A DNA stretch of 64,000 nt from Guillardia theta CCMP2712 (GCF_000315625.1 NW_005434550.1:1-64000), one strand, 5' to 3'. Positions 34,991 through 50,264 are shown, numbered from the stretch's first letter. Numbers and translations: made by a program. Notes: generated from the letters alone by a model not told the origin.

Positions 34991-36447
34991 GGAGGAAAAG
35001 AATTCATGCAGTGATGGCTGCATGATTTCTACTTTCGTAGTTCAATTGCCTCACTTGAATGAGAGCTTCCGCTGTATGTTGCGCCCTTCTTGGCCATGGT
35101 TGACCTACATCTCAGCTTTCTCGGGGCAGCCACGATGGGGGAATGCCTGATTCGGGGAAAGCGACACATCTATTGCAGGGGGTAGTGGTACTACCCCTGA
35201 CCCCACGTAGCTTTCGAGGTACAGGGAAATGTAAGGGTACTGCACCGAAACAACTTATCAAGCGGCAGGGTTTCAGGTACTCCGGGCCGGTGCCGTACGG
35301 TAGAAAATTCCCCCGATCAGATTTCGGAGGGCAATCATCAATTTCCAATCAACAAATTTTTGGAGTAATCATTTTCCAATCAACGAAAGTTTGCAGTAAT
35401 CATTTTCCAATCAACTTTTTGAAACAATAATCATTTTCCAATCAAAACTCCCCGTTTCGTACCGTTGCACGTATCAGAAACGGTCGTAACCGTATACTTT
35501 TGCAATCATTTTCCAATCAAAATCAACTTTCAAACTTTCAACTCTCCGTTTTGGAACTTTACCCCACCCCTCCACCCCCCTTTAAACCCTCCGTTCGGAC
35601 CCCTCCCCATGACCCACCCCTCGAAGCCCACAGCGGCTACCCCCTTCATAACCAGGACTTGGTATCAAAAATACCGGTACTATCCAGTACCCCGGTGTCA
35701 CATGATGGGGTCGGTGGTCCACCCTACCCCATGTACCAGTCTATCAGTCAAACACACCGGTGTCCCCCTACCCCTTTCACGACCTCTGAGAACTCGGTAT
35801 CGAACACACCGGTCCCTACCCCAGTGGTCACATGACGGGGTCCGGGTGGTTCACCCTACCCCATATACCAGTGTATCAGTCAAACACACCGGTGTTTCTT
35901 ACAGCCTTCCACCCCCCCCGTCTCGCCGGGCCCCCATACAATGATATGCCAGTACCCCCTTCCCTTCCCCCGTCACCACCACCTGGTGGTGACCCTTCCA
36001 TTTCCTAAGCGCCCTTCCTCTGAGTCATGGCAAGGGTGCCTGATTGCGCCGGAGGCATCATGTCCCCTACTTCGGCCAACAGCACGGTGCCTAGTGGCAC
36101 GGCAGTATCGCCAAGTAGTATGTCATTCATCTCTATCATACAAACATTCCGTACGCAACTGGATCTGCCCCCTGAATTGTCTTGCGAAGACGTTCTGCGT
36201 GCGGCTTACCCTTTGTTGGCCGGACTACCATACCCCTCCGAACCAGCAGCTGTTGGTTTGTGGCCTGCTGCACAGTGGTTGGCGAACAAGTTTTTTGGCC
36301 CGTCCAGTATACCTTCCAACGAGCAGTTCACACCCACTGTCAGGCTGCCACCCGAATCATTTCCCATCGGAGAGCCTCCGATACAATCTGCCTTGCCTCA
36401 GGCCCGGGGATCGCCTGCCACCATATCATTCAATGTGGAAGCGGCCG

Positions 36448-36967
36448 AGGAGATGACCAGGAGGAAGGTGCGAGGGGATGACCAGGAGGAAGGTACGAGG
36501 AGATGACAAGGAGGAAGGTACGAGGAGATGACAAGGAGGAAGGCACTAGGAGATGACAAGGAGGAAGGTACGAGGAGATGACAAGGAGGACAGTACGAGG
36601 AGATGACAAGGAGGACAGTACGAGGAGATGACAAGGAGGACAGTACGAGGAGATGACAAGGAGGAAGGTACGAGGAGATGACAAGGAGGCAGGCACGAGG
36701 AGATGCCAATTGAGGAGGAAGGTACGAGGAGATGACAAGGAGGAAGGTACGAGGAGATGACAAGGAGGAAGGTACGAGGAGATGACAAGGAGGACAGTAC
36801 GAGGAGATGACAAGGAGGACAGTACGAGGAGATGACAAGGAGGACAGTACGAGGAGATGACAAGGAGGAAGGTACGAGGAGATGACAAGGAGGCAGGCAC
36901 GAGGAGATGCCAATTGAGGAGGAAGGTACGAGGAGATGACAAGGAGGAAGGTACGAGGAGATGACAA
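36448..36967. repeat. 25-bp purine-rich satellite GAGGAGATGACAAGGAGGAAGGTAC, block 1
   Basis: About 20 tandem copies running into an N gap. Confidence 0.95.
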
Positions 36968-37199
36968 NNNNNNNNNNNNNNNNNNNNNNNNNNNNNNNNN
37001 NNNNNNNNNNNNNNNNNNNNNNNNNNNNNNNNNNNNNNNNNNNNNNNNNNNNNNNNNNNNNNNNNNNGGCATCTTGTGTATTCTTCTCGTGGTGATATTG
37101 GCGGTTGCACTTTGCATTTTCGGCCTACTGTCAAGCAGTTGAGAGCTGACTTGACCATAACCCTTGGAATCGATTCGTCTATCAACAACGTTTTCCTTG

Positions 37200-38060
37200 C
37201 CAATGGCACTTCGTCTTGTTGAAGCGCGTGGGCTACGGATACTTGGTCAGGATTTTTGTCATATTACACATTCGTAAGCTCAGCCAGTGCCGTGCCACCG
37301 GTTGTGATGTGACATCTGGTTTAGGTGGTACCACGGCAAAGCTATGATAATCGAGGCGCGATTCGGAAATGGTACCATCGTACCTTTAGCAGTTGGTATA
37401 GCTGCTCATGATCGGCGTCGTGTCTCTGTGGTAATTGACTGACATGCTCTTGTACGGTGTTCAGGGATCTTTGCATCTTGGAAGCAAGATGGAACATGGA
37501 TTGGTGGTGAAACGGCAAAGAACACAGCATTCATGTGGAGGCAGCTGAATACCACCTCTTTGAGTAAATGGCTGTCGAAGGACAGCGGGAAGTTGACAGT
37601 TATCACGGATCGAGGAACAGCGATTCTGAAGGGTTTACTCGATACCATGCCTGGTGTTGATGTTGTCTTTTGCGCATTTCATATCATTGCGAATATCAAC
37701 AAGCATTGTAAAGGTGATTTCCCGATACATTCGTTTTCTGTATTCGGCCTAACACATATCCGCCTTTCAGCGAATGGTGCTCCAGTCCTCCACAAGACCG
37801 GAAGTCGTACGAACCCAGCTACAGAACCCATGTTTTGGGCAGCTCAGGTATCAGACCAAATCAGCCAGTGCCATTGGCCAGCGGCCCTCCAGACTACCGT
37901 GAAACTGACATTGTGTAATAATAAGGCAGCGCGTACCGTGCGAGAGTTTGAAACGAGCATGAAACAACTGAAAGCTCACAACAAAGTCGCTTTCGAATAC
38001 TTGAATGCGATACCAATGTCATGGAACTGGTCATAATATTCGCAGGTGTCCTGCGAGAAC
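37200..38060 (+). pseudogene. MULE (DDE) transposase, intron-containing, internally deleted
   Basis: ILGQDFCH (D1), GKAMIIEA..GTIVPLAVG, VITDRG (D2), FCAFHIIANI (CxxH), then a jump to the CHGTGHNIRRC knuckle. Confidence 0.8.
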
Positions 38061-38147
38061 GGTAAGATCAGCGGCCTCTAGCCGTCAGCAACCAATTAGG
38101 GCGTATCTCATCGAAGATGATGTGATACACGACAAGGCAAAGAATCA

Positions 38148-39107
38148 GTGTCCAGTCACTGGGACATGCAGATTCTTGCAGCATGTATGGGTTGGAAAAA
38201 CCCGCGATCAATGGTCGGCTACTTCAAGGAACATGGTCGATTGATTGATATGCGTAGCAATGATTGGAAAGGACTGGAGCACAACAGAATGATCGAGGGC
38301 AACGTGGTGGAAGCATATCTACAACTAATTGCAATTCGCGCTCGGCGTNNNNNNNNNNNNNNNNNNNNNNNNNNNNNNNNNNNNNNNNNNNNNNNNNNNN
38401 NNNNNNNNNNNNNNNNNNNNNNNNNNNNNNNNNNNNNNNNNNNNNNNNNNNNNNNNNNNNNNNNNNNNNNNNNNNNNNNNNNNNNNNNNNNNNNNNNNNN
38501 NNNNNNNNNNNNNNNNNNNNNNNNNNNNNNNNNNNNNNNNNNNNNNNNNNNNNNNNNNNNNNNNNNNNNNNNNNNNNNNNNNNNNNNNNNNNNNNNNNNN
38601 NNNNNNNNNNNNNNNNNNNNNNNNNNNNNNNNNNNNNNNNNNNNNNNNNNNNNNNNNNNNNNNNNNNNNNNNNNNNNNNNNNNNNNNNNNNNNNNNNNNN
38701 NNNNNNNNNNNNNNNNNNNNNNNNNNNNNNNNNNNNNNNNNNNNNNNNNNNNNNNNNNNNNNNNNNNNNNNNNNNNNNNNNNNNNNACAGAATACATGGA
38801 AGAGGCGGCAAGGTATCGATGCAACCAACAACATGCATCGCATCTTACTCCATGGTCCCAGCTGATTTATCCCATCACGCAGGCAAGTTGAGTTGTGATA
38901 GGTACTGGACCGGTTCTGAAGGTCCCTTGGCAGATTCCACGACAAACGGACAGCACATCATGCGGTGTTTTCATATGTGCTATGGCGGATTGCATAGTTA
39001 CAAATGAGGAACTCAACTGTTTCGAACAAAGGGACATTCCGCAGGTAAGAGCAGCAATGTTAGGTATATTACGCAGTATATACGGCAGTGAATACCCAGA
39101 CAATTAA
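38148..39107 (+). CDS. Ulp1/SENP-like (peptidase C48) domain, interrupted by an N gap
   Basis: LEHNRMIEGNVVEAYLQLI and IPRQTDSTSCGVFICAMAD..FEQRDIPQVR. Confidence 0.75.
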
Positions 39108-39243
39108 TACTGGAACATAGTAATACAATATGAACGGGATGACNNNNNNNNNNNNNNNNNNNNNNNNNNNNNNNNNNNNNNNNNNNNNNNNNNNNNNNNN
39201 NNNNNNNNNNNNNNNNNNNNNNNNNNNNNNNNNNNNNNNNNNN

Positions 39244-40929
39244 CAAGGAGGACGAGGAGAGGAATGATTCACCAAGATGAAGAAAAAGGCATCACATGGA
39301 GGAAGGTGGAAAGGGGAAGAGAAGGAGGAAGTCATAGAAAGGGATGACAAGGAGGAAGAGGAGGAAGGTACGAGACTATCATCGGCGAGCGCAGATGACC
39401 TTCAAGGAGCANNNNNNNNNNNNNNNNNNNNNNNNNNNNNNNNNNNNNNNNNNNNNNNNNNNNNNNNNNNNNNNNNNNNNNNNNNNNNNNNNNNNNNNNN
39501 NNNNNNNNNNNGGCAAGAGGAGATGCGAAGGAGGAAGGTACGAGGAGATGACAAGGAGGCAGGCAAGAGGAGATGCGAAGGAGGAAGGCAAGAGGAGATG
39601 ACAAGGAGGAAGGTACGAGGAGATGACAAGGAGGAAGGTACGAGGAGATGACAAGGAGGAAGGCAAGAGGAGATGCGAAGGAGGAGGTACGAGGAGATGA
39701 CAAGGAGGAANNNNNNNNNNNNNNNNNNNNNNNNNNNNNNNNNNNNNNNNNNNNNNNNNNNNNNNNNNNNNNNNNNNNNNNNNNNNNNNNNNNNNNNNNN
39801 NNNNNNNNNNNNNNNNNNNNNNNNNNNNNNNNNNNNNNNNNNNNNNNNNNNNNNNNNNNNNNNNNNNNNNNNNNNNNNNNNNNNNNNNNNNNNNNNNNNN
39901 NNNNNNNNNNNNNNNNNNNNNNNNNNNNNNNNNNNNNNNNNNNNNNNNNNNNNNNNNNNNNNNNNNNNNNNNNNNNNNNNNNNNNNNNNNNNNNNNNGGT
40001 ACGAGGAGATGACAAGGAGGAAGGTACGAGGAGATGACAAGGAGGAAGGTACGAGGAGATGACAAGGAGGAAGGCAAGAGGAGATGACAAGGAGGAAGGT
40101 ACGAGGAGATGCCAAGGAGGAAGGTACGAGGAGATGACAAGGAGGACGGTACGAGGAGATGACAAGGAGGAAGGTACGATGAGATGACAAGGAGGAAGGT
40201 ACGAGGAGATGACANNNNNNNNNNNNNNNNNNNNNNNNNNNNNNNNNNNNNNNNNNNNNNNNNNNNNNNNNNNNNNNNNNNNNNNNNNNNNNNNNNNNNN
40301 NNNNNNNNNNNNNNNNNNNNNNNNNNNNNNNNNNNNNNNNNNNNNNNNNNNNNNNNNNNNNNNNNNNNNNNNNNNNNNNNNNNNNNNNNNNNNNNNNNNN
40401 NNNNNNNNNNNNNNNNNNNNNNNNNNNNNNNNNNNNNNNNNNNNNNNNNNNNNNNNNNNNNNNNNNNNNNNNNNNNNNNNNNNNNNNNNNNNNNNNNNNN
40501 NNNNNNNNNNNNNNNNNNNNNNNNNNNNNNNNNNNNNNNNNNNNNNNNNNNNNNNNNNNNNNNNNNNNNNNNNNNNNNNNNNNNNNNNNNNNNNNNNNNN
40601 NNNNNNNNNNNNNNNNNNNNNNNNNNNNNNNNNNNNNNNNNNNNNNNGCAGATGACCTTCAAGGAGCAAGATAGAAAGGTGATGACAAGGAGGAAGGTGT
40701 AGGAAGGTACGAGGAGATGACCAGGAGGAAGGTGCGAGGGGATGACAAGGAGGAAGGTACGAGGAGATGACAAGGAGGAAGGTACGAGGAGATGACAAGG
40801 AGGAAGGTACGAGGAGGATGACAAGGAGGAAGGCACTAGGAGATGACAAGGAGGAAGGTACGAGGAGATGACAAGGAGGAAGGTACGAGGATATGACAAG
40901 GAGGAAGGCAAGAGGAGATGACAAGGAGG
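39244..40929. repeat. 25-bp purine-rich satellite, block 2 (gapped)
   Basis: Same unit as 36448-36967. Confidence 0.92.
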
Positions 40930-41031
40930 NNNNNNNNNNNNNNNNNNNNNNNNNNNNNNNNNNNNNNNNNNNNNNNNNNNNNNNNNNNNNNNNNNNNNNN
41001 NNNNNNNNNNNNNNNNNNNNNNNNNNNNNCA

Positions 41032-41411
41032 TGAGAGGACCTTAGCAAGACGGCTAGGAAAGCCCCCTCTTCGTCCCACACGCTACATGGCCGCCTTGAA
41101 AACACGTAAGTCGTCTTGGTTTACAGGAGAGTTTTTGTTAACTCGGCGCTATCTGACTGGCACGGCTGGCATACGATCCATCCTCCGAGGCTCCCCCCGA
41201 GTTTCTGAAACAGTAGTACGTTACATCGGGCGCCGAATCAACTGGCAACTTGGCAACATGATTGAGCATGTACGACGGTACTACCGTAATCATGCGGGGC
41301 CCCGGGCCCACTGTAGTAACCGACGATGCCAGGGATCGTATCATAGTATGCCAGCCGTGCCAGTCAGATAGCGCCGAGAAGTTTCCTAGCCGTCTCGCTA
41401 AGGTCCTCTCA
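41032..41411. mobile_element. ~380-bp MITE-like element with 30-bp TIRs and an internal 33-bp inverted repeat
   Basis: 41032-41061 pairs with 41382-41411 (1 mismatch); 41142-41174 pairs perfectly with 41346-41378. Confidence 0.75.
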
Positions 41412-42789
41412 GCATGTCTGGACTCGGATCATATGCTTGGGTTTCACGGTCCTAGCATACAGTCTATCTCTCACAGTGTGCTCCGAGGCTCCTCGGTCAC
41501 AGAGTCAAATTCCAGTGCCACTCAGTTTTGTGTGCATTACTTTAAACTTGGTCTTGCCACTAAGGTCGATGTGATATCCGATGCGGCGTGACTTTGGCAT
41601 CCAACAAACTTGTCACGGTGTGCTCTGTTTATTTTAGCCCGCCCGATAGCCTAGCCTGAGGCGGGGCGCCGCCGCCCCCCGGCTCCGCCGAGGACATTCT
41701 GACGGAATTGGGTGCTTAAAAGAAGGCGGCCCGGTATTATTATTGTAATAAGCCTCCAAAAAACCCCTTCATTTGGTGGACCATGGACCCCACCCCACCC
41801 CTCGTATACGTCTGAACTTTCCGAATGAAAGACGGGACCATCTATATCCTCGCTCACAACCACAACCCGTACCCCCCCTCTCAATATTGCCTCTACCACC
41901 CACCCAGGGAAATTCATTTCTTTGACGAATCCTCACCCCTACCTTTCGCTCTTAGAAATTTTCAACCCCACCCCGCACCTTCCTTTCTTGGCCTCGTCCT
42001 AGGGCTGGGGTACCAAGATTATACGGTCTGTAAGACCTCCCTATCACCATTACTCATAAGTACCCCTGCAGGAAAAATACAACCCTACCCTAGTGATTGA
42101 TATCACAAATGAGGAAAGTAACCCGGTACTTCCTCCTACCCCACCCTATGGACTTGACGACGCTCATTGCTCGTCCCCTACCTGCCGATGATGGGCCTTG
42201 TTTTGTTTGCTCCCCACACAGCTCGGAATCATATCTCCTGCGCGTGTTTCATATACAGAGCTTCTCTACACTCCTCCCTTTACTCTCTTCATTTCTCCCA
42301 CACCTTTCTTTCTGCAAGAATATCTTCACCTTTGCATATCACGTCAATGACATGGTTTGGTTCGCCAGGTTTTGCGCGGACAGTCGGTTCACTTGCACAG
42401 CTTGAAATAGAACTGAAATAGAACATACAGCACGGCATTACAATTCTCTGTCCTTAATTCAGAACTTTGCAACACTCATAGCTCCTCGCGTTGGCCACAG
42501 TTTGCGATAGGTGGAGTTGGCTGTTGCATGCAGTCATAGAAAGGTAATTGATGCCTGCTTCTCTTCGATGCCTCCTCTTCTATTCGATTTTTTCGTTGGG
42601 TAGTGGTCGAAATGTGTTGCAATTGTTCATTCTCTGTGACTAGCTTACTGGCGCTAATTTAACACATCGAGTCGCCTTGAAGATTTTAAGTTTGGCTGTG
42701 TGTTGATGAATTGCACGTTGGAAACCTGTGATGCTTGTATTGTATCTTCATACATTCTTTTGCTGGCCTTTACTTTTGACTACTTTGCA

Positions 42790-44140
42790 CATGTATCTTA
42801 TTATGTTTGACATAGGTTTGTCAACATATAATTGATTTTTGCAAAGGCGGTACTATGAGCCTCAAATTGAACCGGAGGAGCAGGTTGCTTTGCTTTACAT
42901 ATTCCCAACAGATGTTCTGAAGAAGAAATATGCAGAGATCTTTGCTCTCCAAAATGTGTATCATTTCTGCAGATGGATGACGAGAACAGTCAGCGGGATG
43001 AACATCAAACAAGTACGTACTAGGATTGCAAAAGGTTATTCTTGTAAAGGGCTTCTTAGATTTGGAGGATTCCATTGCACGGAGGAAGATGGCGATGCGG
43101 GGTTTCAAGTCGATGTCTTCTATTTCAACGAAACAGAATGCGAACAATCACTACAATGCGGAGGACGACACGTGAGCCAGACAATCAGCAATTGCGATGT
43201 TTAACTTGGTTGTCAGGGTTCAAATGCTCCGTCTCGCCGTGCTAGATCAGTACATAGCTCGATCATCAAGTGCCATAGAAACAAGCTCAATTAAGGTTCC
43301 TCCGAAAGTTTCAAGTATCAAATCAAAGAAGTTCTCACAATCGATGCCTGCGAAAGTAAGTGTTTTGAGACGATTCGCTGATTAGTCATCTCCTGCAGCT
43401 GATTGACAAGCGTGAACAGATCGTACAACGGAGTTTACCAAGAGAGGAAGGGGTCGACCGAGAGCAGTTCATGGGCTCTGTGATGGAAGGAATGGACAGG
43501 GTTAGCAGCGCTATCACGCCAGAAGCTCTAGAATATGTCAAGGTGACTCGCGCCAACGAGTTGTATCATTACTAACTGTTTGCTGGAACCAGTGGACTTG
43601 TAGACAGCTGGACGTTGACTTTATGTCATTGCCTTGTGCACAAAGATTGCTCCATGCAGAAAGAGAGATGGTATGGCAGAACGATCTGATTCTTGAACGA
43701 TGGGTGAAAATTTGTTAGGGTTCCCTGTGCTCTCCAACACACCGGGAAATGGACATCACGGAAGAAGAGTTATCACTGGACCAAATGGTAATGCATATGT
43801 TGGTGCAAATGGCACTTACTCAAAAGTGCAGATGGAAGATTGATATTCCTGGATGACTGACGTGCTGGTTCGATTGGGACCACATCTTCCAGGTGTTTGC
43901 AGTAGTGTGTGAATGGTGCCGCATGTAGCTGTGTATGTAAATTTGATACGAAGAAAAACAAAGTTTAATGCACTTCATCGAAGTGTTCCAATTTGCGATT
44001 CTAAGCAGGCTGAAACTGGGAATGCATCCTTGGATGTTTGCACCTGGTCAAAAATAACTGTTCTCCTGCAACCAGCCCTCGCTTGTTTCTCAATCTATCG
44101 CTCCTTGCAACAAGAATATATCACGCCTAAAGGTATGTAA
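42790..44140 (+). CDS. Hypothetical multi-exon protein (extent uncertain)
   Basis: Coding-like exons (for example 42839-43170) separated by ~45-bp GT-AG introns; no family recognised. Confidence 0.35.
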
Positions 44141-44400
44141 ATCGTATGCCACTTTCATACACGCTTACATACGCTTGCAACCCTCAACCCCACTTACTCT
44201 ACTTCTTACTTGGTACTGTAAAAAGAGACATCGAAATGAGTCCGGTCCCGGTTCCCTTGCTCCCCCTCCACCACTACCCCCTGCCTCGCTTGTAGGCTGC
44301 CGCCGCTCCTTGCGACCCTTCCACTCGCTCCTCACCGTTCCTTCCCTCTCGCCCTCTCCCCATTTCGCATCTCCTTGCTTCTGTCGGTCAATCCTACGGT

Positions 44401-45978
<1,578 letters not shown>

Positions 45979-46574
45979 CTAAAAGAAGCGCTACGAGACA
46001 AGAGGTAACGTGAAGAAAATTCTTCAATTCAGGATCAACGAGCTCAAGCCAAGTAGAGCATTCCGGAGCGGCGGGGGCGAACGACGTTGTAGGGGGAGAG
46101 CTCAGCATCGCCAGCATTGTTGCCAACACCCGAGTCATAGCTCTACAGAGTTGAGTCAAGCGGAAACCAAACGGCATGCGGAGACAAGGCAGGGAAGGAA
46201 GACAAGCCGAAAGGATATAAGCAGATAAAGAAAGATCGTGATCAACTCACCAGACCATCTCCGAAGCTGTCACCAGATTCAGTTCCCCAGCCGTAAGTTT
46301 GGTTGAGGCGCTGAACAGGAACAAGAGCAAAGACTGCACAATCGAGTTCGTCAGTGCAACTGATAGGAAACAAGGAGACTTACGTTGGTTAGCACTGCGA
46401 AGGAACATCATCTGTAAACTCAGCGTCAGTCATTTCAATCACAGTGAAAGATCGATGAAAACAGATGTTCGATAATAGTATCAAAACCTTCGACCGACAA
46501 ACATACAGCTCAAGTTCGACCAAACACCCCTCACAACTGCCATACTTCGCATGCCCATAATTTTGCCGTCGCTT

Positions 46575-46750
46575 CTCCCCCGTACATTCTGACTCTCTCC
46601 CCCCTACATTCTACCTAGACCCCTCTCTCACCCTCGTACATTGCTCGAACCGTTTCTCTCTCCCCCGTACATTCTACCTCAACACCTCTTCCCCAACCCC
46701 CCTCCGTGCATTCTACCTCGACACCTTTCTCCATCCTTGTGCATCTTCTA
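46575..46750. repeat. Degenerate ~30-bp pyrimidine-rich tandem repeat (ctctctcccccgtacattctacctcgac)
   Basis: About 6 imperfect copies. Confidence 0.6.
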
Positions 46751-47061
46751 TGAGCTATGAACATCTAACTGGTTTTCCTGCTGCCGCCCTTGCTCGACCA
46801 TCTCAAGCTCAAGCGTCACCGCACGCAGTCAAGAGTCGCGGCGACACACCAAGCAACACCTCAGACAACGAGTTCGAGAGGCCGGGCTCCGGGCCCGGGT
46901 ATAACCGTTACTGACCGTTACTTCAACCGCCGCGGTGACAACCCGGAGTTGAGACAGTGAAAGTTTACTAGACCCACGAGCTAGTTGTCCATGTGCTGTC
47001 CTTCCCTTTGTCTCTGGGCGGACCTACCGTACCGGTGGGTCGTTTGAGCGGTGCCCGACTA

Positions 47062-48939
47062 TGCTGATGCACGGAGTGGAGGAAGGGCGGGCGATGAAAG
47101 GGGCTCTGAGGTGAGAGAGCTGCAGGAGGTGAAGGCCTGAGTCACGTGATTGCCTTGTGTCAGCCTCCGCATACACGAGATGGAAGAGGAGCTCCTGGCA
47201 TTACGACGACAGCGCGAGGCTCGTGCTGAAATGTTTGGATGTTGCCTGACAACTTCGACAGACGCTCATGAAAGAAATCGAATTTTGGAGGCAGCGTGCA
47301 GAGGGAACATTGATCGAGCAGGCACAACATGCTTTGGATGTGAATGAAAGTGGCGTGCAAACTCAAAAGTTCATGGATAATATCAAGAAACTACAAGACG
47401 AAGAATCATTTTGGAGGAGGGAGGCCTCGAGACGACTGGAAGAAGTGACAGACGTGAGATTATCTAAACCCTTGTATCTAAGGCTTTTGTCGTTGTGACT
47501 TGAATTTCTTAGACTGAAACCACTCTAAGAAAATTGCTCCGTGATCTGCAGCGAGAGCGATATCTTGTACGCACCAAGGCATAGAATGTTTGGATCCTTT
47601 TAAATCCTGCTTACAAACACTGCAGGAAGAAAGAGAGGCAGAACTGATTGGAGAGATTCATAAACTTCAGAACAAGATTGAGATCATCTCGAAAGGGTTC
47701 AAACTAAATGATTCTCCATCTTCACCATCTGAACACCTTACAAGCCAAAGCAGGCATGATTTCATTTTTCACACTGGATCTTCAATAGTTTGACCTGTTA
47801 TGGCGCTAGGGATATTGACCTGAATTCTCCGTTCAGCAATATTGTTAAGCTGCAAGCTGAGCTTCTGAGGAAGGGCAGGTACCATCATCAAGACGATCAA
47901 AGCCGTTTAACTTATTCGCTTGTAGATACGAAGACGCTGAGAGGTTGGCCCTTTCCTTCAACACTATTCGCCTGCAAAAATGTAAATTACTACCTATCTC
48001 ATTTTGCTGGTGACAAAGACCCAGTCAAGACAAGTGAATTGCGAGACACTGCACTAGGTTGTGTACCCCAGGAGGCTTCGATTCCCAGATTGGTTTCGGA
48101 TCGAGCCGAAGAACGAACGAGCGATCCAAGGGAGCAGCCCAGCAATCTATTATCCTATGAAGAAATCGAAAATCAGGGCTCCAAACATCTCAAGAGGTAC
48201 GTCTCAGCCTTGTGTTTTGCTTTCAGAATTTTACTGGTTTTTCTGGCAGTATCGCACCACCCTTCCATGAGAAATTGTCGATAGAAAATCGTCTTGCTCG
48301 CGTGTCCGATAGCTGTCTCCTACATCCTCATCAACCCTGGAAACTTCAGGTGCAACTCAACGAAGCGAGTGGAATCAGATGGAAGGATGGAGTACAACAA
48401 GCATTGTGCTGTTTCTCGTCTATTGAAGCTTCTGCAAAACTTTCTTCGCAGAGCTTTCAATCCATCTATCATGTTGGAGACCAAGGAACTTCGCTAATTG
48501 ACAATAGCCTCTGCATCCAAGCAGCATGCTCGTCTGCGCATGTCCAAGTAGGAAGAGACGTCACGAAATGGAACGAGACAGTGGAACTAGATGATTTACA
48601 AGTGTTTCAAAATTCAGACCAAGAACAAGAGTTAGAAGTTTCAAGAAAAGGTGAGAAACTCATCTCCCCTCTTGTGCAATCTATGATCGTGCGACTACAG
48701 CAATGCAAGGACAATGTCTATTGCTTCTCATCACCGTCCATTCATTCTCAGAAGAACAAGTTGAGCAAGTGGGAAGAACAGCGCTTGTGATCAGAGAGCA
48801 ATCTGACAGGCATCACATCTTGTGCTTGCTTGACCCTCATGGTGCTCCGCTCCTTAACTCAGCAGGCGACGGACCAGCAACAATTTCCATTCAATGCAAA
48901 TATTTCCCCTCGGACGACAATATGCCAGGGAGCGTGTGA
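47062..48939 (+). CDS. Hypothetical multi-exon protein with an N-terminal coiled coil (extent uncertain)
   Basis: Exon-like ORFs 47150-47498, 47590-47793 and 48212-48790 with short introns. Confidence 0.4.
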
Positions 48940-49048
48940 AGGAAGTTGACGTAGTAGAATTCACAAATTTCAATGAATATTCTTTGTTCCTCTCGTGACG
49001 CTTTTCGAGTTGAGCTCAACGGCGATTTCTTCGTGGAGCAGTATTCCC

Positions 49049-50264
49049 TCATCTATCCGTCCTCGCTAATCGCGGGGTGTCGACCAGGAAAAGTGCTCCG
49101 AGTATATTGACCAGGTCAGCACGAAAGGCTTCATGATCAAACCCATGGAAAGCAGATTTCAAGGCATTCTTCTGCGACGAAATCGTGCAGAAATCACTGT
49201 CAAGGTCTGCATTATACTTGGATAGCAAGGAAGCGTTCAAGTTGACGACATTCAATCCTGTCTGATCCAAAATGTCATTGACGTATCGAAGCTTTTGTGG
49301 ATTGAAGATCTTGTAGAAGGAGATCAGTCTGCGGCGGCAAATATCCCGCGTGTCAGTCAGAGTAAATGGAGAGGCGATTTCAATCAGATGCACTTCCTCC
49401 TTGGATTCTCCAGGTTGACGACTTGAGGAGCCACATCGCCTGAGCAACACGCAGACAATACACTCGTGGAAAAGGTCAACCACCTCAGTGAGACTCCTCC
49501 CGACCACAGTAATCGAATTGACCTCTTGGATCTCATCGCCATGCTCAAGTGTCTGTGAGAAAATTCCTTCTTCCTCGCACAAGACCATAAGATATCCGTT
49601 GGTTTGGAATCGAAGAGCGAGACCCAATCGCTTGATCGTGAGAACACCATTTGTGTACAGGTGACGAGAACTTTCAACATCTGGATGGTTGAGAGTTTGT
49701 TCAACAGTCTCTTGACTCTCAGGTTCATCTTTGTCCTTTTCATCATCGACCTGTCGCATCATTCCCTTGATATTGACGCCAGACCTGCAAATTTTGCCGG
49801 CCTCGAAGACTGCCACGTCGTTCTCTCGTACATCGTTCTCTCCCCTTTCCAATAAACTTTCCTCTCCAGCAATCATACACCTATCATTCTGTTGGACACT
49901 TTCTTGTCTAAGAAGCAATGTCTCCCGGGTCTGCCCTCCCCCTCTTTCAATTTCTTCCGCCTGCACCTCTCGTTCCGATGGCTCGGTCATGTGTGCTTTG
50001 CACATTGAGGAAGGTTCATCACAGCATTCGACTAGATCAAATTCTTGGCAGCTCAACTCATTCTTCAAACAGTGTTCTTGCATGGTTTTAACTACATCCC
50101 CTGACTCTTCACGTTGGTATTCATCTTCTCCTCTTTGCTTCCCAAGCATTTCCTTGTCCAAGCTATTCTGTTCCTGTTCCTTCTCCTGCTCCTGCTCATG
50201 CTCCTGCTGATCTTTCTCCTGCTCCTGCTCCTGCTCCTGCTCTTGCTCCTGCGCCTGCCCCTGT

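Larger units (their letters stand above)
35329..40929 (+). mobile_element. Mutator-like (MULE) DNA transposon with defective transposase, Ulp1-type protease and internal satellite; right end not seen
   Basis: Left end GGGCAATCATCAATTTCC is ~99% identical over ~320 bp to the MITE at 54319. Subterminal AATCATTTTCCAATCAA repeats. MULE motifs inside. Confidence 0.85.

Noticed and set aside
36398-41105. Minus-strand SSPRTFLLVISSYLPPCHLLVP ORFs
   Set aside because: Translation of the satellite's pyrimidine strand across N gaps.
46010-46560. Possible small minus-strand multi-exon gene
   Set aside because: Splice-like signals are present but I could not build a supported frame or assign a family.
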